This document shows positions 27,055-37,070 of a DNA stretch of 64,000 nt, piece after piece (position 1 is the stretch's first letter; the number at the start of each line of letters is the position of its first letter). Made by a program: the position numbers and the translations under genes. The stretch is taken from positions 52,537 to 116,536 of the forward strand of contig JAJYNW010000005.1 in the NCBI GenBank assembly GCA_021786105.1, given 5' to 3'. The notes beneath the pieces were generated by a model. The model did not search any database, was not told the origin of the DNA, and saw nothing but the letters and a program-made list of their open reading frames with translations. Source of the stretch: a bacterium (lineage in GTDB: Bacteria; Patescibacteriota; Microgenomatia; Daviesbacterales; UBA10151).

Positions 27055-29472
27055 TTCCTTGTGTCTTAGAACAGAAGCTAAGGTAAAGGTTCCTAATATT
27101 ATGAAGCTCACTACGGAGATCCATAATCCATATTTAAATGAATCCGGTTCGAACTTGAATTGAATTAATGATTCCCCTGTTTCGATTTCTACAGCTCGAA
27201 AGATACCGTCGGCAACTATCAATTTCTGTGGCTTGTCGTTTACATAAACTTTCCACCCTGGATAGTAGGTGTCGGTAAGCATTAATATCCCCCCGTTTTT
27301 AGTTTGAGTTTTAATATCAACTTCATTTGGTAAGTAACTTACAATTTTTGCTTGATCGGTAGGTGATATATTGTAACTACTTTGCGTGGGCTTATTATCC
27401 AAAATCACTTTCTTAGAAAAGTCATAGCCTTCATGAATTTTGGTTAGCGCTTCTTGGTAATCTGTTTCAATATCAAAATCCCCAAAAATTTTAACTCTTG
27501 GCAAGACGTTAGTGTTTTCTAAAACTATGTTACTTTGGTCTGTGAATACTTCCTTAAACTTAGGTTTAGAAAATTTTGCTGAAATACTTCCTTGTTTATC
27601 TATTGATCCGTTTGACTTTCTCTTGGCTACAACCAGGTATTTGACACCAGCTAAGTCTAGTATGGGTGAGTTATAGCCGCTAAGTTCGGCATACCTGGTA
27701 AAGGTATTTTTTGTGGGGTTGCCATTGTAAACGTTATAAAAGGTGGCATATTGTTTGGAATATAAGGGATCGTAGCCTGAAGGAGACATTAATTTGTAGG
27801 ACATCCAGGTATTAGGAGGTAAAGTTTCGCTCTGTTCCCTTTCAACCCTAAAGTTTCCCATATTTTTTTGGAGAAACTCTAAAGTTGGTGTTTCTGGAAA
27901 CAGATAACTGTTGGGCACAAAGGGATTATATTTTAAACCAAAACGAAAAAGATCAAAAATAGCGAGAACAAGAATTAGGGGGATGAGAAGTTTGGAAGAA
28001 GAAATAAATCTAATTCCCAACAGAAGGAAAGAAATTAACCCTAACGGCAGTATTAGATTTTTTAGGGCAACAGAAAGATGAGCGATATCCTCGGAGCTTA
28101 AGAAGGTTAACGGTTTTTTAAGTATTGTGACAGCTAAGGCAATAGCAATAGTTATGGATAGCGTAATAATCCAAGCCCCGAACGCAGACCTTAAAGTTAG
28201 TTTTCGGGAGGCTAAAAGATTATTTAGGCCGAATGCTGTAAGAATGGCGGCAGAAAAATCTACCAAAAATAAGGCTCGTGAGGCATAACTTGTAGAAAGT
28301 AGGGGAACGTGCAGTTGATAGATTAGTCTTCCTACCGGATTATCAAATACCAAGAATAAAGAGATGATAAAAACACTGGTAAAGAAAGTAGTAATAAAAT
28401 TATGTCTTTTGAATATGGCAGTAATAATTAAAGGAATGGAAATAATCCCAAAATATCCGGTAGTTTCGTGGTAGATAAATCCCCAGAAATTTCCGGTAGC
28501 AGGATTGCCAAAGAAGTCGGGTGCAAAAAAAGTGACAATATTTTGCAAGGGGAGCAAGCCAAAGTTATACATAATAATGTTTTTATCGGTTTGCCTGATG
28601 GAGTTTTGAAAAAGCTCAAATGTGGGAAGGATCTGAATAGCTGCCAGACCCAGACCGATAAGGTAGAAGGCAATTCCTTTCCAAAAAACTTTGAGTGCCG
28701 TTTTTGTGATACCGTGAACAAATACCAACCTTCCCAATAAATAGAGTGCGGATATCGTTAAAGAGTAAAAAGAAACTTGAAAATTACCGGCTGAAAGAAG
28801 AATAAAAATTGCCAGGGATATTCCAGATAACCAGAAAGTTTTTTGTTGCCTAAGAAATTTTTCTATAAGGAAAAGAATTAACGGGAGCCAGATGGCAGTT
28901 TGGGCGGGAGAGTTATACTCAAGAAAAATCATTAAGAATCCTGAAAAAGCGTAAGTTATGGCTCCTAAGATGGCAGCTGGTTGCCTCAGCTTAATCTCTT
29001 GTAGATACAGATAAGTAAATACCATGGACAGGAATGGTTGTAACATAATAATGGCAGTCCACCCGCGGATATTTCCCATTACGAGCATGAGAATATTTAA
29101 AGGATAAAAAACTACCGACTGCCAATCAGCAAGAAGAGGAGTTCCGGAGAAAGAATAAGGATTCCAAAGTGGAACAAAGCCCTGCCTGAAGGTATTAATC
29201 ACTAGCTCTCTCCAGGGATAATATTGGGAAAAAACATCGGAAATGATCGGATTTTTGACAGGTACCCCTACGGTAGATCCCCATTTATAATCTAGCCAAG
29301 GTAAGTAGGTCCCAACCAGTGCATCCGCAGGAATGGGGATTTTACCTAAGAATACTTGATAAAAAAAGAGCAGAGTTAAGAATGCAAAAAGAAGGATAGC
29401 CAAAAAATTCCTATTCTTTGCTAGGCTCAACATGACCTTATCATAGCATATAAGCATCTTGTATTTGTGCAT
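27034..29472 (-). CDS. YfhO-family GT-C-fold membrane glycosyltransferase
   Basis: 812 aa with about 14 TM helices. C-terminus has the YfhO signature TDTYYPGWKVYVNDKP and a terminal TM. An alternative start MLSLAKN at 29433 is possible. Confidence 0.65.
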   Translation of the reverse strand: MHKYKMLICYDKVMLSLAKNRNFLAILLFAFLTLLFFYQVFLGKIPIPADALVGTYLPWLDYKWGSTVGVPVKNPIISDVFSQYYPWRELVINTFRQGFVPLWNPYSFSGTPLLADWQSVVFYPLNILMLVMGNIRGWTAIIMLQPFLSMVFTYLYLQEIKLRQPAAILGAITYAFSGFLMIFLEYNSPAQTAIWLPLILFLIEKFLRQQKTFWLSGISLAIFILLSAGNFQVSFYSLTISALYLLGRLVFVHGITKTALKVFWKGIAFYLIGLGLAAIQILPTFELFQNSIRQTDKNIIMYNFGLLPLQNIVTFFAPDFFGNPATGNFWGFIYHETTGYFGIISIPLIITAIFKRHNFITTFFTSVFIISLFLVFDNPVGRLIYQLHVPLLSTSYASRALFLVDFSAAILTAFGLNNLLASRKLTLRSAFGAWIITLSITIAIALAVTILKKPLTFLSSEDIAHLSVALKNLILPLGLISFLLLGIRFISSSKLLIPLILVLAIFDLFRFGLKYNPFVPNSYLFPETPTLEFLQKNMGNFRVEREQSETLPPNTWMSYKLMSPSGYDPLYSKQYATFYNVYNGNPTKNTFTRYAELSGYNSPILDLAGVKYLVVAKRKSNGSIDKQGSISAKFSKPKFKEVFTDQSNIVLENTNVLPRVKIFGDFDIETDYQEALTKIHEGYDFSKKVILDNKPTQSSYNISPTDQAKIVSYLPNEVDIKTQTKNGGILMLTDTYYPGWKVYVNDKPQKLIVADGIFRAVEIETGESLIQFKFEPDSFKYGLWISVVSFIILGTFTLASVLRHKESNITFS

Positions 29473-29500
29473 TTTAGCCTCAAATGGTGTATGATTCCTC

Positions 29501-29524
29501 GATTGCTTTCCTAAGGTAGCAATC
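29501..29524. promoter_or_regulatory. inverted repeat GATTGCT-N10-AGCAATC in the divergent intergenic region between the YfhO gene (-) and a GT2 gene (+)
   Basis: Perfect 7-bp arms with a 10-nt spacer, located 36 nt upstream of ATG 29560 and about 29 nt upstream of the minus-strand start. Confidence 0.35.
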
Positions 29525-29559
29525 TTTGCTAAACTTAAGAAAGAGGCCAGAACTAACTT

Positions 29560-30363
29560 ATGATTTCCGTTATTGTTATTACGAAGAACGAAGAAGAAAG
29601 AATTAAGGCGTGCCTGGAGTCCGTAAAATGGGCTGATGAAATTATCATTGCTGACACAGGCTCAACCGATAACACTCTTGAAATTGCCCGAGGGTATACA
29701 AAAAATATTTTTGCTTGTAAGGGAAACAATTTTATGGTTTGGAGAAACGAAGCTATAGAGAAGGCTTCAGGAGATTGGATCCTTTATTTAGACAGTGACG
29801 AGAGGGTTTTAGAGTCTTTACGAAAAGAAATAGAAGAGGTAACCAAATCAGCAGAAAATTCAGCTTATGCCATTTCCCGGAGGAATATAATTTTTGGCCA
29901 GGAAGAAAAATATGGACCTTTTTGGCCGGATTGGGTTGTCAGGCTCTTTAAAAAATCTGATTTTGAGACTTGGGTAGGGGAAGTACATGAATATCCAAAG
30001 TTTAAGGGAAGGTTAGGCTACACAAAGAATTCGTTTTTGCATTTGACCCATCGGGACATAGACCATGTGGTTCTTAAGAGTTTATCGTGGTCTAAAATTG
30101 ATGCCAAGTTGAGGTTGGAAGCAGGCCATCCCCAAATTTCTGGGTGGAGACTTCTAAGAATTTTAACAACAGAACTTTTTAACCAGGGCATAAAAAGAAA
30201 AGGTTTTTTTTCGGGAACTGTGGGGGTAATTGATTCCCTGATGCAGACGTTTAGCATGGTGATTACCTATATCAGACTTTGGGAATTGCAACAGCCAAAG
30301 ACACGCAGAGAAGTTTATCAGGATTTGGACAAAAAATTAATTGAGAGTAATTTTAACTTCTGA
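29560..30363 (+). CDS. GT2 glycosyltransferase (WaaE/KdtX-like subgroup)
   Basis: ISVIVITKNEEERI, SVKWADEIIIADTGSTDNT and LDSDE motifs; paralog of 25304 and 37071. Confidence 0.7.
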   Translation: MISVIVITKNEEERIKACLESVKWADEIIIADTGSTDNTLEIARGYTKNIFACKGNNFMVWRNEAIEKASGDWILYLDSDERVLESLRKEIEEVTKSAENSAYAISRRNIIFGQEEKYGPFWPDWVVRLFKKSDFETWVGEVHEYPKFKGRLGYTKNSFLHLTHRDIDHVVLKSLSWSKIDAKLRLEAGHPQISGWRLLRILTTELFNQGIKRKGFFSGTVGVIDSLMQTFSMVITYIRLWELQQPKTRREVYQDLDKKLIESNFNF

Positions 30364-31439
30364 TGAAAATTGGTATTTATACTCCGTATTTGGATAGTTT
30401 TGGTGGAGGCGAAAGGTATATGCTCACTATTGCTGAGGCTTTATTATTAGACCATGAGGTGGATATTTTTTTGGATAATCACTTATCTTCCAAAGAACCC
30501 GATAAATTAATTTCTGATTTGGCTGCCCGTTTTAATTTAAATCTTTCAAAAACCAATCTGATTAAAGCACCATTGGGATTAGGTGGAAAATTTTTTAAAA
30601 AGAACTCGTTTCTTAAAAAATATGACTTAATTTTTTATTTAACTGATGGGAGCGTTTTTTACTCAACTGCCAAAAAAAGCATAATTCACTTTCAGGTTCC
30701 TTTTAAAAATACTGCAGCCAAAAATCCCTGGGGAAGGATTAAACTCTCAACATGGAATTTAGCTATCTGCAACTCCTGTTTTACCCAAGAGGTTATTAAA
30801 AAAGAATGGCCTATTAAAACAGAAGTTGTTTACCCGCCCGTAGAGGTTGAGGCGGTTAAGCCTCTAAAAAAGAAAAAACAAATACTTACTGTAGGACGTT
30901 TCACCAGTTTCACTAAATCTAAAAAACAGGAGGAAATGATAAATGCTTTTGTGGATTTATATAAAACCGGAAAGATAGACGGATGGAGTTTTCATTTAGC
31001 GGGATCTGTGGAGGGGGATGAAAAATATATACAGGAATTAAAGGAACAAGCGAAAGGATTCCCTGTGTCATTTTATCCAAACCTTCCATTTAAAAATTTG
31101 GTGAAACTTTATGGGGAATCAAGTATATATTGGCATGCAGCCGGGTTTGGGGAAGATGATCCGGCAAAGATGGAGCACTTCGGAATTACCACAGTTGAAG
31201 CAATGGCAGGAGGGTGTGTGCCGATTGTCATTAATAAAGGCGGCCAACCGGAGATAGTAGAAAACGGTAAGTCAGGGTTGTTGTGGAACAGTTTAGAAGA
31301 ATTGCAGGCACTAACGCTGCAAATTATTAAAGATCAAAAACTGATGGAAGAGATTGGGGATCATGCGATTTCCCGGAGCAAGTTTTTCTCAAAAGGGAAA
31401 TTTGAGGAAAAGATCAAATTTCTTGTAAAAACTATATGA
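30363..31439 (+). CDS. GT4 (GT-B fold) glycosyltransferase
   Basis: C-terminal EHFGITTVEAMAGGCVPIV ... GKSGLL motif typical of GT4/Glycos_transf_1. Confidence 0.75.
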   Translation: MKIGIYTPYLDSFGGGERYMLTIAEALLLDHEVDIFLDNHLSSKEPDKLISDLAARFNLNLSKTNLIKAPLGLGGKFFKKNSFLKKYDLIFYLTDGSVFYSTAKKSIIHFQVPFKNTAAKNPWGRIKLSTWNLAICNSCFTQEVIKKEWPIKTEVVYPPVEVEAVKPLKKKKQILTVGRFTSFTKSKKQEEMINAFVDLYKTGKIDGWSFHLAGSVEGDEKYIQELKEQAKGFPVSFYPNLPFKNLVKLYGESSIYWHAAGFGEDDPAKMEHFGITTVEAMAGGCVPIVINKGGQPEIVENGKSGLLWNSLEELQALTLQIIKDQKLMEEIGDHAISRSKFFSKGKFEEKIKFLVKTI

Positions 31440-32254
31440 ATAAAATAAGCGTTATCACGGTTACCTACAACAGTGAGAGAACCATTAAAGAATGTCTTGA
31501 ATCCATAAAGAAATTTTCACCTGAATCGGAAATTATTGTGGTGGACAATGGTTCTAATGATAGAACCTTAGAAATTATTGAGAGTATTGGTAAAAAAATA
31601 AAATTAATTGAAACAGGGGAAAATCTAGGATTTTCTAAAGCAAATAATTTAGGGGCAAAAGATGCAATAGGGGACTACTTAGTTTTCTTAAACCCTGATG
31701 CAATATTAACCAAAAATGGTGATTTGGAATCTTTAAAGAAGATACTGGAGAAAAACCCCCAGTATGCCATTTTAGGGCCGAAACTCATTTATCCGGATAA
31801 TGCCCTTCAACCCAAAGCAAGGAATTTACCGACCGTGTTTCGGGCTTTTGAAGAATATGTATTAGGATTAAGGGGAGCATATAGTTTTTATGAACCTAAG
31901 TGTCAGAATTTTTGTGAGGTGGAAAGTGTAAACGGTGCCTGTATGATTATCAGAAAAGAACTATTTAATAGTATTGGAGGTTTTGATGAAAAATATTTTA
32001 TGTATTACGAGGAACTTGATTTATGCAGGAAGCTGCGTAAATTGGGAAAGAAAATCGGGTTTGCGCCTGAGGCGGTAGTGATCCATGCAGAAGGTATATC
32101 GTCTGGCCAAAACGAGAAAACTGCAGCGATAATGAAAGACTCAGCAAAGAAATATTTCGGCCTTTTGAATTATTTCTTACTACAACCGATCTTTTTCTAT
32201 AACCGAATTCTCAATAGAATCAGAAAAACCATTGGGCTTAGGGTTTATGCCTAA
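31436..32254 (+). CDS. GT2 glycosyltransferase, WbbL/RfbF-like
   Basis: ISVITVTYNSE, VVDNGSNDRT, NLGFSKANN and YYEELDLCRKLRKLG motifs. Confidence 0.75.
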   Translation: MNKISVITVTYNSERTIKECLESIKKFSPESEIIVVDNGSNDRTLEIIESIGKKIKLIETGENLGFSKANNLGAKDAIGDYLVFLNPDAILTKNGDLESLKKILEKNPQYAILGPKLIYPDNALQPKARNLPTVFRAFEEYVLGLRGAYSFYEPKCQNFCEVESVNGACMIIRKELFNSIGGFDEKYFMYYEELDLCRKLRKLGKKIGFAPEAVVIHAEGISSGQNEKTAAIMKDSAKKYFGLLNYFLLQPIFFYNRILNRIRKTIGLRVYA

Positions 32255-32269
32255 AGTATAATTGCCATT

Positions 32270-33922
32270 ATGAGTAAAAAGACCCTTTTTCTTTTAATTT
32301 TAATCACCGCTTTAGCCTTTTTCTTAAGGTTCTATAAAGTGACAGAAGTTCCTCCTTCTTTAAACTGGGATGAAGTTTCCATTGGCTACAACGCTTATTC
32401 TGTATTAAAGACCGGTAGGGATGAATGGGGAGTTCTATTACCGGTTCACTTTGAAGCGTTCGGTGAATTTAAGCTTCCTGTACAAATTTATGCCTCTATT
32501 CCTGCAATCGCCATTTTTGGTCTAAATGATTTTGGAGTCAGAATTACACCTGTTGTTTACGGAACATTAACAGTGCTTCTGCTTTTCTTTCTGGCAAGGA
32601 AAATTTTCAAAAGTGATTTTATTGGATTAGCATCCGCATTCCTTTTGGCATTTTCACCCTGGCATATTCAGCTGACTAGAGCCTCATTTGAATCATCATT
32701 TTCAGTCTTTTGGGTACTTTTAGGAATGCTGCTTTTTATTAAGGGATTTGAAAAGAAGAAATACTTTGCCTGGTCAATGGTCCCCTTTGCTATTTCTGTA
32801 TATACCTACAATAGTGCCCGTGTCTTTACACCCATGTTCTTAGTTGCCTTACTTTATATATACCGCAATTACTTTTGGAAGTTTCGCAAAGCTCTAGCAA
32901 TTTCTGCGGCCGTCTTTGCTGTTTGTATGTTGCCTTTGATGCCATCACTTCTAGGCAGTGAAAGAAATGCCCGATTTAAACTGGTGAGCGTTACAGATGA
33001 CCCGGGTTTGTTGCCAAGAATTAACCAAAACCGGGGTAACTCAACTCTACCGCAACCGCTGCCCAGATTGGTCAACAATAAAATCACCTATGTTTCTTTT
33101 TATGTGGTTGAACATTATCTAGCTCACTTTACTCCGCAATTCCTCTTTATAAGTGGCGCTCCCCATAAACAACACCATGTGCAGGGTATGGGGGAGCTTT
33201 ATTATTTCCAGGCGCCGTTTCTTTTGTTAGGGTTGTACTTTTTGTTTAAAAAGAAACAACAATACAGATGGCTTTTAAGCTCCTGGGTACTTTTGGCTTT
33301 TATTCCGGTTTCTATTACCAATGACAGTATCCCACATGCATTAAGGACATTAATTGCGGCTCCTTTTTATCAATTGGTTACGGCTTTTGGTGCTTATGAA
33401 GTATATTTGTGGTTGAAGCAAAAACATGTGAGTTGGCGGATACTAATCGGCACAATTTTGGCTCTGGTTATGATGTTTGAGTTGGGACGTTACCTGAACA
33501 ATTACTACAATATATATCCTAATCTCTATTCCCGGGATTGGCAGTACGGATATGAACAGGTTGTTAACTATATAAGAGATCATCAGAATGAATATGACGA
33601 AATTGTTTTTAGCAGGACATATGGGGAGCCGCACATTTTTACTCTGTTCTATTTAAATTATGATCCTTACGAGTACCAACATGATCCCAATTTGGTGCGC
33701 TATGAGACTAACGATTGGGTTTGGGTTTTAAGGTTTGGAAAATTCTATTTCCCTGATTTAGGAGACAAGGGAACTCATTTTACTGACATTGTTGCTCAAA
33801 ATCCGGGTAAAAAAATATTATTTATCGGAAAACCCGGCGACTTTCCCCCTAACATACCGCCGCTCAAACAAATTAAGTTCTTGAATGGTGACTTGGATTT
33901 TGAAATAGTGGAGGTAAGATGA
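32270..33922 (+). CDS. GT-C-fold membrane glycosyltransferase, ArnT/PMT_2-like (tandem paralog 1 of 3)
   Basis: FFLRFYKVTEVPPSLNWDEVSIGYNAYS (DE loop) and a multi-TM core with C-terminal soluble domain. Confidence 0.7.
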   Translation: MSKKTLFLLILITALAFFLRFYKVTEVPPSLNWDEVSIGYNAYSVLKTGRDEWGVLLPVHFEAFGEFKLPVQIYASIPAIAIFGLNDFGVRITPVVYGTLTVLLLFFLARKIFKSDFIGLASAFLLAFSPWHIQLTRASFESSFSVFWVLLGMLLFIKGFEKKKYFAWSMVPFAISVYTYNSARVFTPMFLVALLYIYRNYFWKFRKALAISAAVFAVCMLPLMPSLLGSERNARFKLVSVTDDPGLLPRINQNRGNSTLPQPLPRLVNNKITYVSFYVVEHYLAHFTPQFLFISGAPHKQHHVQGMGELYYFQAPFLLLGLYFLFKKKQQYRWLLSSWVLLAFIPVSITNDSIPHALRTLIAAPFYQLVTAFGAYEVYLWLKQKHVSWRILIGTILALVMMFELGRYLNNYYNIYPNLYSRDWQYGYEQVVNYIRDHQNEYDEIVFSRTYGEPHIFTLFYLNYDPYEYQHDPNLVRYETNDWVWVLRFGKFYFPDLGDKGTHFTDIVAQNPGKKILFIGKPGDFPPNIPPLKQIKFLNGDLDFEIVEVR

Positions 33923-35466
33923 GGAAACCCTGGCTAATATTGCTGGCTATTTTATGTCTCTTTTTGGCTACTAGGTTTTATAAGCTTGGTGAGGTTCCGG
34001 TTTCAGCTTATTGGGACGAGGCATCTATTGGATATAATGCTTATTCGATTTTACAGACCGGTAAAGATGAATGGGGAAATTCGTTTCCGCTGCACTTTAA
34101 GGCTTTCGGAGAATATAAACTTCCTTTTTATATATATGCTACTGTTTTACCAGTAAAATTATTTGGCTTAAATGAATTTAGTGTTAGGCTGCCATCGGTA
34201 ATTTTTGCACTATTTAATGTATTACTTATGTACTTCATTGCAAAAAAGATTTCCGGGAAACAGTCTGTAGGGTTATTAAGCGCTTTCTTTTTGTCTATCT
34301 CACCGTATTTCTTTATTTTTTCCAGGACGGGATATGAAGCAGTTCCGGGAATGACCTTTTTCCTTTTGGGGGTCCTCTTCTTCCTTAAATCCCAGCAAAG
34401 ACCTTGGTGGTTTCTATTGACCGGATTGGTTATGGCTGTAAGTATGTATGTCTATAATGGGTATCGGATTATCTCTCCGCTTGTTTTATTAATTTTTACT
34501 GTTCAACTTTTTGTTCTTCATAAGAAAAATTTAGTTAAGAATTTTACCCCTATTGTATTAGCTGGGGTCATTTTCCTAATAGGCTGTTATCCTCTAATTA
34601 ATTTCTTAAGAAGCGATGGTTCTGTTAGTCGTTTTCAGGCTATTGGTATTGAAGGTTTGGATAGAAAGAAAATTTTCGTTGGCCTCGATATTGCCAAAAA
34701 CTATCTTACTCACTTTAATCCGGTGTATTTATTTGTGGACGGAGATAAAAACCTACGTTCTCAAATAGCGGGTTTTGGAGAACTTTATGTTTTTGATGCT
34801 GGATTATTAGTGTTTGGTTTAATTTTTTTAAGGAAAAATCCGAAATTGAGTAGGTGGCCGCTAGCGCTACTTTTAATTGGATTTTTACCGGCAGCTGTGA
34901 CCCGAGAAGTCCCCCATGCATTAAGGTCTCTAGCTGCTGCGCCGTTTCTCAGTATGGTTTCCGCATTGGGTGTAGTTTATCTGCAAGACAAACTGGCTAT
35001 AGAGAAAGGGAAAGTGGTTCTAGCTGTTGTAGGAATATATCTGGCATTTTTCTTGGTTTACTTCAATAATTTTCTTACTGTTTATCCAGCTCAGAGTTCC
35101 GCTTCCTGGCAACAAGATTATAAATTAATTTACCAAGATTATTCCAAGGAATTTAGTAACTATGACCATATCTTAATTTCTGACAGATACGATCAGCCGT
35201 ATATTTTTTCGCTCTTTTACCAAAAATACGATCCAAATAAATTCCGGTCCGAGGTTGTATATAACACTGATAATCGAAGGGCAACTTCTTTAGTAAAGAG
35301 TTTTGACAAATATATTTTTGATGATATTGATTTTAATCAGCTACCACCTGGAAAGACTCTAATCTTTTCTCATCCCACTGACAGGTTAAATGAACTTTGG
35401 GTAAAAAATATTTTGTATCACAGTGACGGAACTGTTGCCTTTTATGTTTACGAATATCAAAAGTGA
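33919..35466 (+). CDS. GT-C-fold membrane glycosyltransferase, ArnT/PMT_2-like (tandem paralog 2 of 3)
   Basis: About 50% identical N-terminal region to 32270 (RFYKLGEVPVSAYWDEASIGYNAYS). ATGA overlap with the upstream gene. Confidence 0.7.
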   Translation: MRKPWLILLAILCLFLATRFYKLGEVPVSAYWDEASIGYNAYSILQTGKDEWGNSFPLHFKAFGEYKLPFYIYATVLPVKLFGLNEFSVRLPSVIFALFNVLLMYFIAKKISGKQSVGLLSAFFLSISPYFFIFSRTGYEAVPGMTFFLLGVLFFLKSQQRPWWFLLTGLVMAVSMYVYNGYRIISPLVLLIFTVQLFVLHKKNLVKNFTPIVLAGVIFLIGCYPLINFLRSDGSVSRFQAIGIEGLDRKKIFVGLDIAKNYLTHFNPVYLFVDGDKNLRSQIAGFGELYVFDAGLLVFGLIFLRKNPKLSRWPLALLLIGFLPAAVTREVPHALRSLAAAPFLSMVSALGVVYLQDKLAIEKGKVVLAVVGIYLAFFLVYFNNFLTVYPAQSSASWQQDYKLIYQDYSKEFSNYDHILISDRYDQPYIFSLFYQKYDPNKFRSEVVYNTDNRRATSLVKSFDKYIFDDIDFNQLPPGKTLIFSHPTDRLNELWVKNILYHSDGTVAFYVYEYQK

Positions 35467-37066
35467 GAAAAGATTAATTTTTGTTGTCCTGCTACTAATT
35501 CTTGGATTGGCTTCTGTTCTGCGTTTTTATAAATTAGACCAGGTCCCCCCGGCAATTTATTGGGACGAGGCAGCTAATGGTTATAACGCTTATACCATTG
35601 CCAATTGGGGCCGAGATGAATGGGGGAAATTTTTACCCACCTCTTTTAAGTCATTTGGAGATGATAAGAATCCGGTGCACATATATCTCACAGTAATTCC
35701 GGTAAGGATCTTAGGTCTAAACGAATTTAGCACCCGTTTACCGGCAGCCTTAATGGGGATCTTAGGTGTATTAATGGTTTATCTGTTGGGAGAAGCGATC
35801 TTTAACAACAAGAAAATTGGGCTTATTTCAGCGTTAGTTTTTGCTGTTTCCCCTTATACCTTACAATTTTCCCGTTTTAACCATGAAGCGATTTTTACAA
35901 TTTTCTTTTTCATGCTGGGGTTATGGTTGTTTTTAAAAGGTGTAAAAGTTAAGCCTAAACTTATTCCTTTATCATTTTTTGTTTTTGGAGTTTCTATTTT
36001 AACCTACCACTCAGCAAAGATTGTAGTGCCACCCGTTATACTACTGCTTATTGTTTTGTATTTTAAAGACCTTTGGAAGCAAAAAGGGTTATTTTTGGGA
36101 GGACTAATTATTCTGGGGATAGTTATGAGCGTATTTATTTTTAACCCCGCACTTTTAGGGATGGCCCGGGCTAGCCAAACTTCAGTACCGGTAGAATCAA
36201 TCCAGAAGATGAGTCTTTATAAAAAAACAGGGAATGAACTTTTAGGAAGGGTAGAGCTGAGTTGGCAAAGGTACTTAACTTACTTTGGCTATGATTTTCT
36301 CTTCGTTTCCGGAGATAAAATTGCCCGTCATTCTTCCCAGGGAGCGGGAGAATTTTACAGAATAGATTTAATATTTTTAGTTATTGGACTTTTATCCTTA
36401 ATCCGTTATCGAAGGAAAGAAAGTCTAATTCTTTTGTCTTGGGCGGTTTTGGCACCCATCCCCGGAAGCATCGCTGGAGGAATTACCGAAACAGCGCACG
36501 CAGGCAGGTCGCTTTTTATAATGGGTAGTTGGCATCTACTGGCTGGACTGGGTTACTATAGTTTCTTAAAAATTTTCCGGAAAACTTGGGTCATTGTAAT
36601 TGTCGGGGTGATACTTTTGGGTATTTTAGGGTGGCAGATGAAAGATTATCTGAATTATTACTATGGTGAATATGTCACCAGATATGCTATTGAGTGGCAA
36701 TATGGAATGAAACAAATTTCCCAGTATCTTCAGGAACATGATGGATATTCCCAGGTTTATATTACTGATGCCAGGGTAGAGCCATATATCTTCCTTCTTT
36801 ACTATATGCAGGTACCGTTACCAAGATTTTTGGATACGGTTTACTACAACGATACACAGAGCCGTCCATCTAATTTAGTGACTTTTTTTGATAAGTATCA
36901 TTTTGGAGACTGGGACCCAATTGAGAGTTTCCCAAATCCCGGTGTCCTTTATGTCCTGACTCCCAGCCAATATGATGGATTACGATATAAACAACAATTT
37001 AAAGTGAAAAAACTGATAAAATATCCTAATGGGCTGGATGCCTTTTATCTGGTAGCCCTTTATTAA
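35423..37066 (+). CDS. GT-C-fold membrane glycosyltransferase, ArnT/PMT_2-like (tandem paralog 3 of 3)
   Basis: RFYKLDQVPPAIYWDEAANGYNAYT. Start may be the internal MFTNIK at 35444; overlaps the upstream gene either way. Confidence 0.7.
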   Translation: MTELLPFMFTNIKSEKRLIFVVLLLILGLASVLRFYKLDQVPPAIYWDEAANGYNAYTIANWGRDEWGKFLPTSFKSFGDDKNPVHIYLTVIPVRILGLNEFSTRLPAALMGILGVLMVYLLGEAIFNNKKIGLISALVFAVSPYTLQFSRFNHEAIFTIFFFMLGLWLFLKGVKVKPKLIPLSFFVFGVSILTYHSAKIVVPPVILLLIVLYFKDLWKQKGLFLGGLIILGIVMSVFIFNPALLGMARASQTSVPVESIQKMSLYKKTGNELLGRVELSWQRYLTYFGYDFLFVSGDKIARHSSQGAGEFYRIDLIFLVIGLLSLIRYRRKESLILLSWAVLAPIPGSIAGGITETAHAGRSLFIMGSWHLLAGLGYYSFLKIFRKTWVIVIVGVILLGILGWQMKDYLNYYYGEYVTRYAIEWQYGMKQISQYLQEHDGYSQVYITDARVEPYIFLLYYMQVPLPRFLDTVYYNDTQSRPSNLVTFFDKYHFGDWDPIESFPNPGVLYVLTPSQYDGLRYKQQFKVKKLIKYPNGLDAFYLVALY

Positions 37067-37070
37067 AAAG

